Source: Lama glama
Taxonomy: Eukaryota
Direction of reading: 5' to 3'
Assembly (NCBI GenBank): GCA_028534125.1
Contig: CM052816.1
Span: 37,078,001 to 37,142,000, forward strand
DNA: 64,000 nt
The stretch's first letter is position 1; the number at the start of each line of letters is the position of its first letter. The position numbers and the translations under genes are program-made. Of the stretch, positions 13,151 to 27,000 are shown piece after piece. Below the pieces are notes generated by a model. The model was not told the origin of the DNA, did no database searches, and saw nothing but the letters and a program-made list of their open reading frames with translations.

Positions 13151-14364
13151 GGTGGAAGAGAACATGTTGCATGTTAAGACAGGATTCGTGTGCTATGATA
13201 GAGATTAGGAGAACCTTAGTAGAGGAACTAGGTTTGGGAGGATGGAAGAGGGGAGAATAGAGTCTGTCAAATACTGCCTATTACACAGCATTGTCTATGG
13301 AGAAGAAGCTATTTTAAAATAGGAAACACTATCGTCTTACACACATACCATTACCTTGTTATCTTACTTGAATATAAGACTATTCAGGATATAGTATTTT
13401 AATCACTGAACAATGTGTATAATATAATAAATTCATTGAGTTAAATAAATATTTCCTCTCAAAAAGCAGCAAATAAAAAAACTAGACTGGAATAAAAGTA
13501 CATTTCTGCTACAGTTTCTAAAGATCTATTTTATTAAGAATGAATCATAATTTGGCCCATATACTTTTAAAGTGAGATTACAATGGCCTGTACTTTTAAA
13601 ACCTAAAAATATTGTGCCAAGCACATGGCTAACCTAATGGAATATTCAAGAAATGTTAATTTAAATAAAAACAGAAACAAATAAGATTCTGAAAAAAATT
13701 CAATGACCCCCAAAAAGACACAGGCTGCGTTTTCCTTCGATTTGGTTTTCTAAGTATACCTCATGTATTCTAAACTCTTTGAATACAGTTTGATCTAAGC
13801 TTATAACAGAAATAAGAATGCATATAAACAAACTTAATGCAATTTGGTAGTTTCAATGCATAAAATTTAGAAAATATGTATTATGTATACATATATATCT
13901 AGTTTCTATGGTGACCTGGTCACTTGGAATATAGTTTTGCATGAACAATAGTACACAGTCATCACTTTGAATTTCCTGACCTATCTTTTCTGCTTAAATG
14001 CTGCATTAGCAGATTTTAGTAGCTACTGTTTAGCATATCCTATAAATTGTATTAATGTTGTCTGTCTGGAGCTCGACAGTTACTTCAGAAAAAAAGTTTT
14101 AGTTTTCTTTGAAAAGTTTCATTTGAGCTTTAAATAAATCTTGAGATCGCAGCAAGCAAAATAAATATGAAAAATGTAGTGAATTACACCTTTTATTTAA
14201 TTACCCATAGCTTATAAAATAGAAATAAAGAGAAAACAAACATTTCTATACAGTATTTATAAAGTTATGGATTAAAGGACATTTGTAGCATTTTTAATTA
14301 ATTGTATTTCTATAACTAGCCTCAAGATACTGTATTTATGATGTCAGTATAAAGTTTATGATGT

Positions 14365-14500
14365 CAGAGAAAGAACACTGAGCCAGGCACCTAGGGTCTG
14401 GGTCTTAATGTCAGGTCTATTGGCAACACTTATGTTTTATGACATGAAGTAACAAACTTTCCAAATTATCAGTTACCTTGTCTATAAAATGCTGAGTAAT
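14365..14500 (+). mobile_element. MIR SINE fragment
   Basis: GAAAGAACACTGAGCCAGG...CTGGGTCTTAAT...CAGTTACCTTGTCTATAAAATG. Confidence 0.55.
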
Positions 14501-17162
14501 AAAAACATAAAAATTTATTTTCTATCTCTCTAATTTAGTAAGTCTAAAGGCTATATAAGCTTCAAATAAAAAAATCATTAAAAATCTTAATGATTACATA
14601 TTTTATAACAGCAAAACTAGATTAAAAATAAATATACCTAGCAATTGGGGAATTTTACATGCTCTGTGACATGATCCAACAAATATTTTGTTAGTAAGTG
14701 ATAAATATGTGGACTGTGTATATAAAAATAAATATTTGTACACAATAGCATGTTACAATGCCAGAAAATTGATTGCATTGAAGATAGTTGTGTAAAAAAT
14801 AAGAGCTCATATACAAGGGTTCAGAGGTGTCAGGTTAAATTAAAATAGTGTGATAAAAGTGTCGTTTGCTTTTTGCTGCTGTTGTTTATCCGTTTTATGA
14901 TACTTGGTTAAACATGCAATGTTTAAAAGAAAGATATAACTGATACTTTTTTTGCAATACTAATATAGCAAGAAATAAAGGCAAAATAACTTAATATCAG
15001 TTCTGAATTGTGAAAAAAAGTACTCTGAGGTGAGTTTACCCTCATTTGGGGAACATGAGTAGGAAAATGCAATATTTTAAGATTATAAAGCAGTTAAGAA
15101 GATATAATTCTGTGTCAAACACACTTTAGGTTCACATCTGATTTTACCCCGGTGAATTCAGACAAGTTAGTTAATCTCTATAAAGACTGGTTATGTTGTA
15201 TGGAAATGTGGCAAATAACATAAAATGTCCCATAACGTCCCATAAAGTCAGTTTGAAGGTTATAAGCAAATTCATGTGAAGATTGTATCATTATACTAAC
15301 TAGTAAACACTAAATATTCAATAATATCACACTACAATTTATTAGATAAAAGGTAGAAGATATTTCTTCTCACTTCTAGAGATGTAGAAACGCAACAGTT
15401 GTAATATATTCATCCTAATGTTAAAAATATTATACGTTTCATTCAGGTTTAGTGGTTTTTGCTATAGGTATAGTGGCTTTATAGAGAAGTGGGTGCAGTT
15501 CAAGAGGGAATCATGTAATGCAATGTAACACACAATGGAATATTTTTGGCTTGGCTTCTCTATATATTGCCAAGATGCATAATGTAATTAAAAAGCGGGG
15601 AAATATGTGAATACAATATCTGCAGTAGTTAGCCGTAAAGAAAGATGCCAGTAACTTAGAATTTGAATGATTGCTGTAAGAATATTGGATGAAGTGAAAC
15701 GGTTATAAATTGCAATAAAGGGGACTTAGCAACAAGAATTACTTGACACTAGGACTATATAAAAATGTCATGTCATGCAGTCATTTAATCCTCAAGTTGC
15801 ATTGAAAAGAGTGAATGAGAATATATGAGAATATAAGATTAAGAAAGAATGTTTTAATGTTTTACTGCATTCATTATTCTGGAATCATAGTGTTTATGGG
15901 TAGATTGGCATAGATGGTTAGGAGAAAGAAATGAGCTAAACAGAGAGTGTCTACTTACACCTGACATTAAATACCGAGCATCTAGTATCTTTATGCTTCT
16001 GTTATTTAAATTGTAACATGAGGAGTTATGTGTGTGTGTGTAATAAAGAATCAATTTAACACCAGGTAATAAGCCACTTTTTCAAGGAGGAATGGAGAAG
16101 AGAATAGAAGACATTGCAATTTAGCACTTAAAAGTAATCTTTTTGAAAGTATGACTATAGTTTGGGCTGAATTCATCATTCTATTTATAAGAGAAGCAAA
16201 GGATGAGAAATCAGCTCATTGAAGATAATAACGTGTATGTGATAGTCAGAAACACAAGACTGAAGAATTTTGCGTCTCTTTCAGCATGACATTTGACAGA
16301 ATGATATTGTTAAATTTTCATGAGGAAGAAAAGTCATATAGCAATTAGGAAAGATAAGGTATATAAATTAGGTATATGTATTTTTTTCCAAAGAGAAGAG
16401 ATGTAATACTTACTTGCTGGGATTCAAAGAAGAAAGGAATAGTTTAGGTAGATACTCATTTTTTGATTAACATTGCTAAAGCCTTTTGAGGCCCTAAGGG
16501 GAGTCTTCAAATTCAGAATTTATGAAAATGTTCTACTTTCTGTGTAAATTGTCAAAACATTGCACAAGTGTAAATTCTTGTTGCTAATACTGATAATTGA
16601 GTGACATTTTAGGTAATTTAAAGAGGAAGAAAGGTACATTATTATATTTCGGTCTTTGAAAGTTGTAAGTTCAAGCTTTAGATGAGCACTATGCATTTGT
16701 TACTAAGAGTTTAGAGTTGTATACAAGCAGACTAAGATCTCCACTGAAATGTTCATTTTTATAAATATTACAAGAGCCAAACCCCATTAATATATTTGCC
16801 AGCTACTTTAGTCTACTGAAGTTCTGTTTGTCCAGTATTGGCTTATAATAACTTAAATCTCCAAGTTGAGGATATAAAAATCCAATTCACAGGAGGTCAT
16901 CCTAGTGATGGTGTTGTTAGTATTTGGCTTGTACTTTTGAATATTGAAGGTTTAGTGGTAAAAATGTGTAAAAATATTGATTTGAGGAAGCTACATGAGT
17001 TTTTTTGTAGAGAGTTCAGAGCACAGGTGAGGTGTAGAAATATAAATATAACAGATTAACTGTCTAAATTCTGTAAGTATTCTTTCCTTCATCCCTACCC
17101 AACCCAAAATGCCAGAATCACCAAGAAGATATTTACTATTGTATCTACATTGTTTAGTACTA

Positions 17163-18293
17163 TGGTCTCTTTAATAAATGGTGTTGGAAGAACCTGGATA
17201 TCCACATGCAGAGGAATAAAACTTGGCCCCTGTCTTACACCACTCACAAAAATTAACTCAAAAAGGATTAAAGACATAAATATGATTACTGATACTATGA
17301 AATTCTTTGAAGAAAATATAGGAAAAACGTTCCCTGTTATTGGTCTTGGCAATTTTTTTTTTGGATATGTCACCAAAAGCACAGGCAAAAAAAGCAAAAA
17401 TAAACAAATAAAACTACATCATACTAAAAAACTTCTTCACAGCAAAGAAAACCATCAACCAAATGAAAAGACAACCTACAAAATGGGAGAAAACATTTGC
17501 AAACCATATATCTGATAAGGGGTTAATATCCAAAATGCATTTTTAAAATGTACAACCCAATAGTAAAAAACAAAAGTCAATTAAAATAGGCAAAGGACCT
17601 AAATAGGTATTTTTGCAAAGAAGACATACAAACGGCCAACAGGTACCTGAAAAGCTACTCAACATAACTGATTATCAGTGAAACACAATTCAGGATCACA
17701 ACAAGCTATCACCTCACACCTGTTAAGATGACGATCATCAAAAAGACAAGAGATGCATTTTGGTAAGGATCTGGAGAAAAGAGAACCTTTGTACACTGTT
17801 GCTGGGAATATAAATTGGTCCAGCCATTGTGGAAAATATTATGGAAGTTCGTCAAAAAGTTATAAATAAAACTATCATATGATCCAGCAATCTGATTTCT
17901 GGATAAATATCCAAAGGAAATAAAATCAGTATCTTGAAGAGATACCTGCCCTCCCATGTTCATTGCAGCCTTATTCACAGTAGACAGGCGTGGAAACAAC
18001 CTAAATGTCTGTAGATAGGTGGATGGATTAAGAACATATAGTGTATATGCAAAATAGAGTATTCTACACCACACAAAGAAGAAATCCTGCCATTTGCAAC
18101 ACTATGAATAAAGCTGGAACTATTATGCTAAGTAAAATAAAGCCAAGCAAAGACAAATATTGTATCATCTCACTTATATATGTAGACTATTAAAGAAAAA
18201 TCAAACTTAAAGAAAGAGTGGTTTCCAGGGGCTAGGGGGTGGAGAAGGAGATGTCTGTCAAGGATACCAACATTCAGTTATAAGATGAATAAG
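17163..18293 (+). mobile_element. LINE-1 3' part (ORF2 C-terminus plus 3' UTR), L1MA-type
   Basis: ORF 17150-17515 contains CLTPLTKINSKRIKDIN...EENIG, homologous to the L1 ORF2p motif LTPYTKINSRWIKDLN...LEENLG. It is followed by ATATCTGATAAGGGGTTAATATCCAAAAT, CCCATGTTCATTGCAGC and CAGTTATAAGATGAATAAG. Frameshifted. Confidence 0.93.
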
Positions 18294-20059
18294 AAAAACA
18301 GAAAGCGCACTAATAAAATCGATGAGAAGAAATAAAAGAAAAATATAATGTGTTTCCTTCCTTTTGATTTCATGTATAGGTCATTTTAAGTTGATGGACA
18401 ATTTTTTAAGCATCTTATTTTTATAACTCAGTTACTTCTTATGTGCCCACTAATAATATCTGCTGATAATAAAGGAAAAAAATAAATGCAGAATTTCTGA
18501 GTTCCTCTAAGATACCATGACTTAACCTCATATACTAAGAAGATTTAATAACTTAAAATATTTTTATACTGCTCAAAAACTGCTTGATTTATTTTTCACA
18601 TTTTGGTAGTTTCAAAGTTGGAAAATGCTGGGCACTTTGATGAGCTTTGCTCTTTAAAGATTTTCTTAAATGACAATTTTTTAGTCTGAATGTTAGCAAA
18701 GAGGTTGCCTTCCTCCTGACCTGTGATCCCTCAAAGGGGGAAAAAGTTATCAGAAAGAAAAGAATCATATATTAAAATACTTATAGTATTGATTTATATT
18801 TTGGCATTGAACCTAGAGAGGAAGGAAAATTTTCATATTTCATAGTGTAAATATGAAATAAGTAACTTAAGACTAATACAGTTGTTTTGAACTATTCCTT
18901 TCTTGAACTAGGTGGAAATTGATATCACAAGAGACAAGAATAGTTGTGGGAGTGAGGTGGGAGGAATGCTTCTTTTATAAACTTTTATTGCTAGGGTTTT
19001 TTAGGTTTTCTCATTGTCCTGACCTACCTTTTACCACATTTTAAATTAGACCATGTTGTTCTGTTTGTTAATTTGTTTTGCTTCTTTTAAAACACCCACA
19101 CTTGAGAAAATATTACAATGTTTACTTCTTCATTGCTCATGTCTTATTTTATGCTGAGTGAAAACAGTTACATCAGGAAATATTTTTCCTTAAGGCATTG
19201 GATAATTTTTCTCATTAGTATGCTCTCCTGCCAGTAACTAAATGTTCCTATCATTATCTTGAGAAATACTGCCACTTGAACTTCAACACTTTCTTTGTAT
19301 ACTTAGAAGCTTTAATGTATTCCAGTTACAATGTCCTGATTTTTCTAATTTCCTTTGACCTAAATTATAACATTCAAGTTATGTTCTATTTGGATGACAC
19401 TAAACTCCTAAATGTTTAATTACTCTACTGATGTTTAGCTGCTATAGTTTTCCTTTATATCAAAGAGTTATTTGACTTTAACTATGAGTATTTTTTCCTA
19501 AAACTAAGTAACTGTGTACTTTATATAGACTGGTTATGGCTATTGAAGCATGAACTTAATTAAAAGCAGTATCTCAAAGCTATGATATAAGAGGGTGGAA
19601 AGGATATAAGTGCCTTTTACAAAAGTTATTATAACAAACTCATCTCTTTAAATCAAACCACATAATTCTCAGCATCGAGGGTTATTATTAAATATCAGAT
19701 CCAAAGTATAATCTTCACTGAATAGAATTCAGATATATTGATGCATAATACTAACAACCAAAAAAAAGTCAAGTTATGTGACAATTAAAAAATGAAAAAA
19801 CATGAGAGTAAGTGCTTAAGTACTTGTCCCTTGAATGTTAATCATATCCACCCTTTGGGAATAAAAGGATGGACGGTGTTATCAGATATTAATTCTGCTG
19901 AAAAATATGTCATATCTTAATGATGTTCAAATGGTTCAGATTAATTAAAACACATACAGACACAAAGCTGAATAATCCACTTGGAACAGCAATACTATAT
20001 TGAGCTAATATACTGTGAATGAAATTTTTGCTTCATGTAAGAAAGTAGAAAGGTATTTA

Positions 20060-20260
20060 GGGAACAGCATTGTTCAAAGAAAAGGCCCAGAATTTAAAAT
20101 GATTAACACTTGGGCAAGTGACATCACCTTTGAAGACTCATCTTCACCCCTCTTTCTCTCATCTGTAAAGTGGGAAAATAAAAATCATCTTTTATAAGAA
20201 CTAAACTATGTAAATTGGAAATGTAGAAAATGGTATCTGATGTCTATATATTGTTTAAAA
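20060..20260 (+). mobile_element. MIR SINE fragment
   Basis: CTTGGGCAAGTGACATCACCTTTGAAGACTCA...TTTCTCTCATCTGTAAAGTGGGAA (MIR core). Confidence 0.65.
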
Positions 20261-22089
20261 TTGGTAACTGCTTTGACAGCAGCTGCTACTTCCCCTGTAA
20301 CTGCTGCTACAAATATTTCTGTTGGTGGTGTTGACTGCTACTTTTTTGCACTAGAGAATCATTTCTTTGTACACTAACAAAATGGATAATCACTTAAAAT
20401 TGAAAGAGTAAGACATAGATTGAGGTCTAGCCTTCAGCCTCTCTTTTAAAATGCTTTCTAAAAGTGACAAAAAGTTAGTGGGATGGTTTTTATAGTTCCT
20501 TAATTATCTCCAAGTGCTGAAATTAAAGTCATGCAAAGATCTGCTGTGTTAAGATAAATTTTATTCTCAGAATCCATGTAGCTTAAAGTTATGTTTCAAA
20601 TTAAGACTTTGAGAGATACATAATAAAGAGTGTAAAATGAACTGCTATACCTACGCTTTGATTTTATAAATAAAAGGACAAGATTTAAAGTCACTTGAAC
20701 AAAGTATCCACTATTTTAGAACCAAAGTTAGAATTAGAACCACTTCCCTAAAAGTTGCCTCTCTCAAATAACTCAGTTGAGTTACCTAATAATAAGACGT
20801 TTGGTTTTTATTTACCATGACTTATTATTGTGCATTGGTCAGACTATTTCTAATTCACCATTCCCCAGTTAAATAATAAGATAGTTATAATTACTGCGTT
20901 GAGTAAGAGAGACATCAACAATGTTTCTAAAAGTTATTTTCCCTCAGTATCCTATTAATACAGTGACCTTTACTTCTCAGACATATATCATCCAGATACG
21001 AACAACAAGCAAAAAGATCTCCCTCTAAATCATTGGATCTTTCAATGCTCTCTCAGCCCCCAAATTTAAGGCTTTCATACCTCCCAAATACTCAATTCAT
21101 TCCCAATCGAAATTATAATTTTTGCTATTCCAACAAATGAAAAACAAATAGGAGTTTAGTTTATGTTTCTATATTAATAGTTTTTCAATTTTTATCAGCT
21201 GGGGAGAAGAAGTTGTTGGGAAGGACTTTAATTATAAATTAACTTTAACCCTAACCAATCACTGTACATGTTGCCTAATTAACAACAAATAGTAAGACCC
21301 ATAATTTAAAAATATTAATTTCGGAGTCTCAAATTTGTGTTGTTAAAAATATAGAACACATATAAACAAAACCATATCCTGAACTCTAAACCAAACAAAC
21401 AGACATCACTATTATTTTATGATACGTCATTTGGAGAAACCACATTTATACTATGCCATCTTTAGAGACAATATGGCTGAAAAATATTGATATTTTGTTA
21501 AATCCCCATGCTATGATTGTCAGTTTATGACCTCCTTGACTTGTTTTACTTTTTAAAAGTACATAGATAGATGAACAGTTGACAGATAGATGATTGGGAG
21601 AGAGAGAGACAAAAACAGATTTTCTTCATGTTCCTCCAAATTCTTATTTCAACTGCAGAAGTAAAGTTTTCTGATCTTCTCTTGTCTTTAGACTTGTGGA
21701 AACATAGCCTAATTTTTAATTTGGCCAGAGTCTTACCCAGAGTGCTTTGAATCAAAAATCTGAAATTTCCTAAACCTTATGATCTGGTAGAAATGCTTGT
21801 ATTTTTCCACTTTGTTACTGTTAAAAGTGACTATAAACCGAAGTTTCTACTGACATCAACCAAAAGAATTTTGAAGCTACAGGTTGAGAACAAAAGCAGG
21901 AATGATGGGTAACAATGGTGGTGAAATGAAATAATCCACAATGATCTAGCTAATGGGTCAGAGATCAAGATTTTGAAAGTTTCATGCCCCTCCAGATTTA
22001 TTTCTAGTTCTATAGTAATATTAGAAATCCACACAATTAATAGGTTTACCTGAACAATTTTATTTCTAACATATATGATATTACACTTG

Positions 22090-22465
22090 AAAAATTACCA
22101 GGACTGACTAGATTATGTTGCGATAGGAACCACAACATTTCAGTTACTTAAAAGACCAAAAGGTAATTCCTTGCTTAAGCTACATGTCCATCAGCAATCA
22201 GCCAGAAGGCTGTTATTCATATACTTGTTTTCCTCACTCTGGGATCCAAGCTGACAGAGTGGCCATTATTTCTTGGGCAGAAGAAAAGAGGGTGGTGAAG
22301 CATGAGCTGGCTTGTTAGGCTTCTGTCTGGAAGGGACACATCACTTCTGTTTATGTTCAATTGGCCGTATAAAGTCATGTAACCTAACTTCAAATGGGTA
22401 AGATAGATGAATTCTACCATGTGTCTGAAGAAGAGAAAGCCAGAATATTTATGTATAGCCACACA
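22090..22465 (-). mobile_element. ERVL-MaLR LTR, MLT1I/J-like
   Basis: ACATGTCCATC, CACTCTGGGATCCAAGCTGACAGAG, GCTTCTGTCTGGAAGGGACACATCACTTCTG, ATTGGCC...AAAGTCATG...CCTAACTTCAA, TTCTACCATGTGTCTGAAG. Confidence 0.8.
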
Positions 22466-22509
22466 TGTAGGCAGAAAGCATGACATATTTTATCTAATCT
22501 GTTTTCCTT

Positions 22510-22970
22510 ATAATTACATTGTTTTGCCCCAATATAACCATTAGTTATTATTTTAACTGCTCAATAGTATTCTTTTTATGAATATATACTGTAATTTAAC
22601 AGATTCCTTCAGTTTTTCTCTAAAGCTCATTTGCATTTTTATAAATTATAAACAATACTGCTGCATACATTTTCATATACATTCAATTGTATAAAATTAT
22701 TTTTTAGGCTGTATGTTCTAGAAAAATTGCTGAATCAGAGGCTATTGCTCATATCACTCTTCACGATGAAACAGTTCATGGTCCTACTACAAACAGTATC
22801 AGTTCCTTTATTTCTCCTCCAACAATGAGCATTATATTTGTGTTACCTTTGTCACTCCAAATTGTAAGAAATGTGATTTCATTTTTTAATATATATATAT
22901 TATTGATTACTTGTAAGGTTTATATGATTAATTTTGTTTTACTAATTTGGATTTCCTATATTGTGAATTC
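22510..22970 (-). mobile_element. Ancient LINE-1 (L1ME-like) 3' fragment
   Basis: TTTTAACTGCTCAATAGTATTC, TTATAAACAATACTGCTGC and CTAGAAAAATTGCTGAATCAGAGG, in the order expected for an antisense L1 3' end. Confidence 0.6.
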
Positions 22971-23240
22971 CCCCAAGTTTAAAAACTAATTTAAATCAAG
23001 AAGTAACATAATTTATATTTCCTTGACACAAAGATAGATAAATAATAACTTAAAGTATTAAGGAATGCAGGCATATTTTTTTTAAATTTAAATAAAATTA
23101 AGTCACAAGAATGAGTATAATTTCTATCAAAAATAATAATAAAATTACTTTGAAGTAAAATTCACTTCAAAATTACCTTGAAAGTTTACTATTTCATCAT
23201 TCTGCATAAATCAAAGCTTATTGAAGAAACTTTAAAATTA

Positions 23241-23490
23241 CAAGCGACCCTTGAAAAACATGGGTTTGAACTGTGCAGATCCACTTATACTTGGATTTTT
23301 TCCATAGTACATACTTCAGTACTACTTGATCTATGGTTGATTAAATCAGTAAGTAAAGAACTGCAGATATGGAGAAACCATGCATACAGAGGAACCACAG
23401 ATACAGACGGCTGACTATAAATTATAAGACAATTTTGACCATGCTGGGTGTTGGTGCCCCAAACTCCCCACCTTGTTCAAATGTCAACTA
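23241..23490 (+). mobile_element. Tigger2-derived MITE (MER8-like, TcMar-Tigger)
   Basis: Imperfect terminal inverted repeats CAAGCGACCCTTGAAAAACA...TTGTTCAAATGTCAACTA, flanked by TA on both sides (23239-40 and 23491-92); internal GGGTTTGAACTGTGCAGATCCACTTATAC. Confidence 0.88.
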
Positions 23491-25599
23491 TATAACTTTC
23501 TTACCTAGATATGATTACCTGAGGCTATATTAGATCTTATGACTAAACTTTTAAGTTTAACCTATTTCCACTTATTGCATCACTGATATACACCCTCCCG
23601 TACTATTTTATATTGTATTCTTATTTTATTTGGATGATTATGGGGGGAAATTTGTCTTTTTTTAATGAGCAGTATGAGTGCAAGTATTTTTGTTTTTTTC
23701 CTCTGTTGTCTGAATGTTGGAATTGTTATGCAGATAATTGTTTGAAACTATATCTGAAATCTATACTTCTTTGATTTCTTAGTCATGGAAAGGGAAAAGG
23801 ATAGAAACAAAAAATTATGAAGAACCTATACTTTCTACATAGCTACCAAAGGGTCCTGATCTTAAGGGTATTTTCCAGATTATTTTCACTGCATTTTTTA
23901 CTTTAACCTGAAAATGTCTTGTCTGACTGGCAGGTGCCTTATATCTTTGAAACATTTTCATTTTTGATTCATTAAACATTTTTTGAGTTCATCATGGAGA
24001 TATTGTGGTAGGTTAAAATACATTGAGATAATGTTCAAGCTATAGAATAAAGTTTTCTTTGAGATACTCGAAAGCATATAGAGACACCATGAAAACTCTT
24101 ACAACTTTATACGTTTTGTAAAGTTGGTTTTAAAAATTGTTCTGCATATTTTCTGAACTATGTTGAAGTATAATTTGAAATTGCCCTAAATATTACAAAA
24201 TGATCAACATTTATTGAGTCTTTCACATGCACTGTCAGTATACCAACAAATGTTAATTACTCAATAACATACCTGCCCGTAAGCCCTCACTCCACGATCA
24301 AAGCTAAAATTCACAGACTGTTCTCAGAAGCACATGTATATGTGCATGTATTTTGGTGCAACTTTGAAAGTATCCAAGACTGGAGTTATAATAACCATCT
24401 TTTTAAGTCTCATACTTAAATTCCCATAATCAACCACAAAAATATTTATTTACATAAGAGGTTTGAGACTGCAGTCATGTTGCAGAGCTCCTTCAAGAGG
24501 AAAACTGCATAGCCAAAGTGCATTCTGAGTAAGGAATCGACATGCTTTTATTCTTTTTTCCAAAAAGTCTTAGAAAGGTATAAATATTCTAATAATCTTG
24601 GGCCTTGTTGATGTCATACTTCTCATTCATAAAATTTGTTGAAATGTGTTTAATTACTGAACACAAAATGTATGCCCCATACCTATAAAAAGTATTAACA
24701 AAACTACTTTACATCTGTAAATTCATTTTGAAATTGATGAGCTTAAGAATGTGCAAATCAGTGATTTACTTGCTTTTTATGATCATTATGTCAATCCATA
24801 CCAAGTGATCGTGTATCAGTGCCATTTGCTAAAGACTTAGCTACTTGTGTGGTAGCTAAAGTCTTTTTTCTTTCTTTCTTTCTTTTTTTTTTCTGTCTCT
24901 CCATGTCTAGAAATGTTATCTATGAGAAACATGAGAAACCACTCAAGATTTACCCATATGTTTATACACATTAATAATTTAAGGGAGGAAGTAGACAGTG
25001 AGTAAGTGAGATTGGCTCAAACTATTAAAGTGGTTTCTACAAGTTAGAAACTTCTTATTTATAAGAGGTTGCAAGAAAGTCCAAATAAAGTCAATAACAC
25101 AGGCCAGCATAATAATATAAAAATCCTATTAGGTATATAATAACAGATATGTTGTTAAAAATAATTTAGTGATTTTTCCCCACAATTAGATTCTGATATG
25201 TAAAGATCTATTAAGAGAAAAAAAGTTTGAAAGGCTTTATAAAATGGGTTATGGATATTATAGACATTTCTTAGCATATAAAATACAAAACTTGAACTTA
25301 ATGTAAAAACAAAACAAAGCCAAGCCAATGTACTGCATTTAACTGAATGGTTTCAGTGAAGAAATATGTCATCAGAAAAAAATGTCCTGAAAAGGTCAGT
25401 ATTCATAGTACCATTTATGAAAAAGTATAAATAGAAATACATTAAAGAGACAGTTTTTCCTGTTTTCCAGATATAGGAAATGAAGTAGAAATTGAATGAG
25501 ATGTAAGAGTTTAAAAAAGATGTAGTCAAAATTGATCCATATTGTTTCTTTACTGTTTTGACTAAGTATGTATAAAAAAACTTAGAAGAAAATATCAAA

Positions 25600-25845
25600 T
25601 ACATTTAAGCAAATAGAAGGAAGTAACTTCACACAGCATTGTGGAAATATATTGCCTTTAGAAGGTTACAGAGTCAAAAACTGTAACTGATTAATAGGAC
25701 GAATAATAATATTTGTATTGGCCAACATGAGGAAGTTGGGGCCAACTCCATGCTAGCTTCAGGGACTTTTCTCTGAACTCCATCCAAAAGCACTTTCTAG
25801 CTTGGAGGCCTTGAGTGTGCTTAATTAACTCCGTCTGACCCAGTC
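25600..25845 (+). mobile_element. CR1/L3-class LINE 3' fragment (CR1_Mam-like)
   Basis: CAAATAGAAGGAAGTAACTTCACACAGCA and downstream GTCTGACCCAGT resemble the recalled CR1_Mam 3' end. Confidence 0.45.
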
Positions 25846-26059
25846 ACACAGAGTAAAGGCATCAATCTATCAGATTTGGCTCACTTTCTTCCAGGGAGTT
25901 GTAAATGAAGGTCTTCCACCTATTTTTTAACTAACAAAAGCAAATGTCTTCTCTTCCAGCACACACACACACCCCCACCCCGAAGAAAACATGGTGTGAT
26001 AAACTCAGCACTTTTGACCTTCATGAAAAAGTCCATAAAATTTTCTGTCCTGACTCTGT

Positions 26060-26215
26060 GGAGACAATGTAGTATAACAGACAAAATACAGGAAGAAGAG
26101 TCAGAAAATTGGGCTAAAAAACAATGTCTTCCTTTGCTAACTATGTGACTTCAGGCAAATCACTGAAGTTTTCACAGCTTTTGTTTTCTTTATTAAAAAC
26201 ATGGCACAATCATAA
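26060..26215 (+). mobile_element. MIR SINE fragment
   Basis: GAGTCAGAAAATTGGG...CTAACTATGTGACTTCAGGCAAATCACTGAAG. Confidence 0.7.
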
Positions 26216-26829
26216 TAAAAGTCTGCTAGGGATATAAACCCTAGGCCATTAATAAGAAATTAATTATTTTTGTTGAAAAACCTATTCATTATTGCGGAAT
26301 GCTCTGCCACATATGAATATAAAACAAAGATGATTTTGGACCTTCCTGCCTTTTTTTCTTTTTTACTTATTTTCACTTTTTATAAATATTAATGTTATTC
26401 ACCAGATGCCTAAGTCTAAACCACTCCCTGCCCCCAGCAGTATATGTGCATATGTATTCCACATTATTTTATTTTGGCTCATTCAAGAAAACTGCTGCCT
26501 TAATTAATAAAATAAAGTCAAGTTAATGAAGGTTGATAATGGGACAATGACTCACCAAGAATGATGTTTGACTTGGCCTCATAGTCTCATTTCTCATTCC
26601 CAAGATTCACTTCCATCTTACATATTTCCCTCCTTTTACCAAGATGGCTTCAGGGGTAGCTTGTCCCAATTATGGGTCATGGGAAACTAAGCTATAGGTA
26701 CCTTTTTTTTTTGGGGGGGTAGTGACAGTAAAATGGGGAAAAAAAATTGTAACCAGAATACAGGCGAAGCAGCTGTACGCCCATCCCTCCTTCTATGATT
26801 TCCAGGCATCCAGGTGTACTGATGTGATA

Positions 26830-27000
26830 GAAAACTCATAAAATGGAAAAGCTCTGTTCTCTGAATAACCACATAAAAGAAACCTGCCAACTATAACATT
26901 TATATTGAACTGCTTTAACAGTTAGAAATAAACTTTTTTTTTTAACACGATAAACTTTTATCGTGTTAAGCCACTGAAATTGTGGGTTTTATTTTTTAAA
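26830..27000 (+). mobile_element. MLT1 (MLT1J-like) LTR 3' fragment
   Basis: CTCTGAATAACCACAT...AGAAATAAACTTT...TGTTAAGCCACTGAAATTGTGGGTTT, the typical MLT1 3' end. Confidence 0.65.

Noticed and set aside
17150..17515. 121-aa ORF as a host gene
   Set aside because: It is a frameshifted L1 ORF2p C-terminal fragment.
24831..24866. Short imperfect hairpin; similar 8-10 bp inverted repeats at about 29957, 33310 and 55084
   Set aside because: The arms are short and expected by chance in 64 kb of AT-rich DNA; too short for pre-miRNAs.
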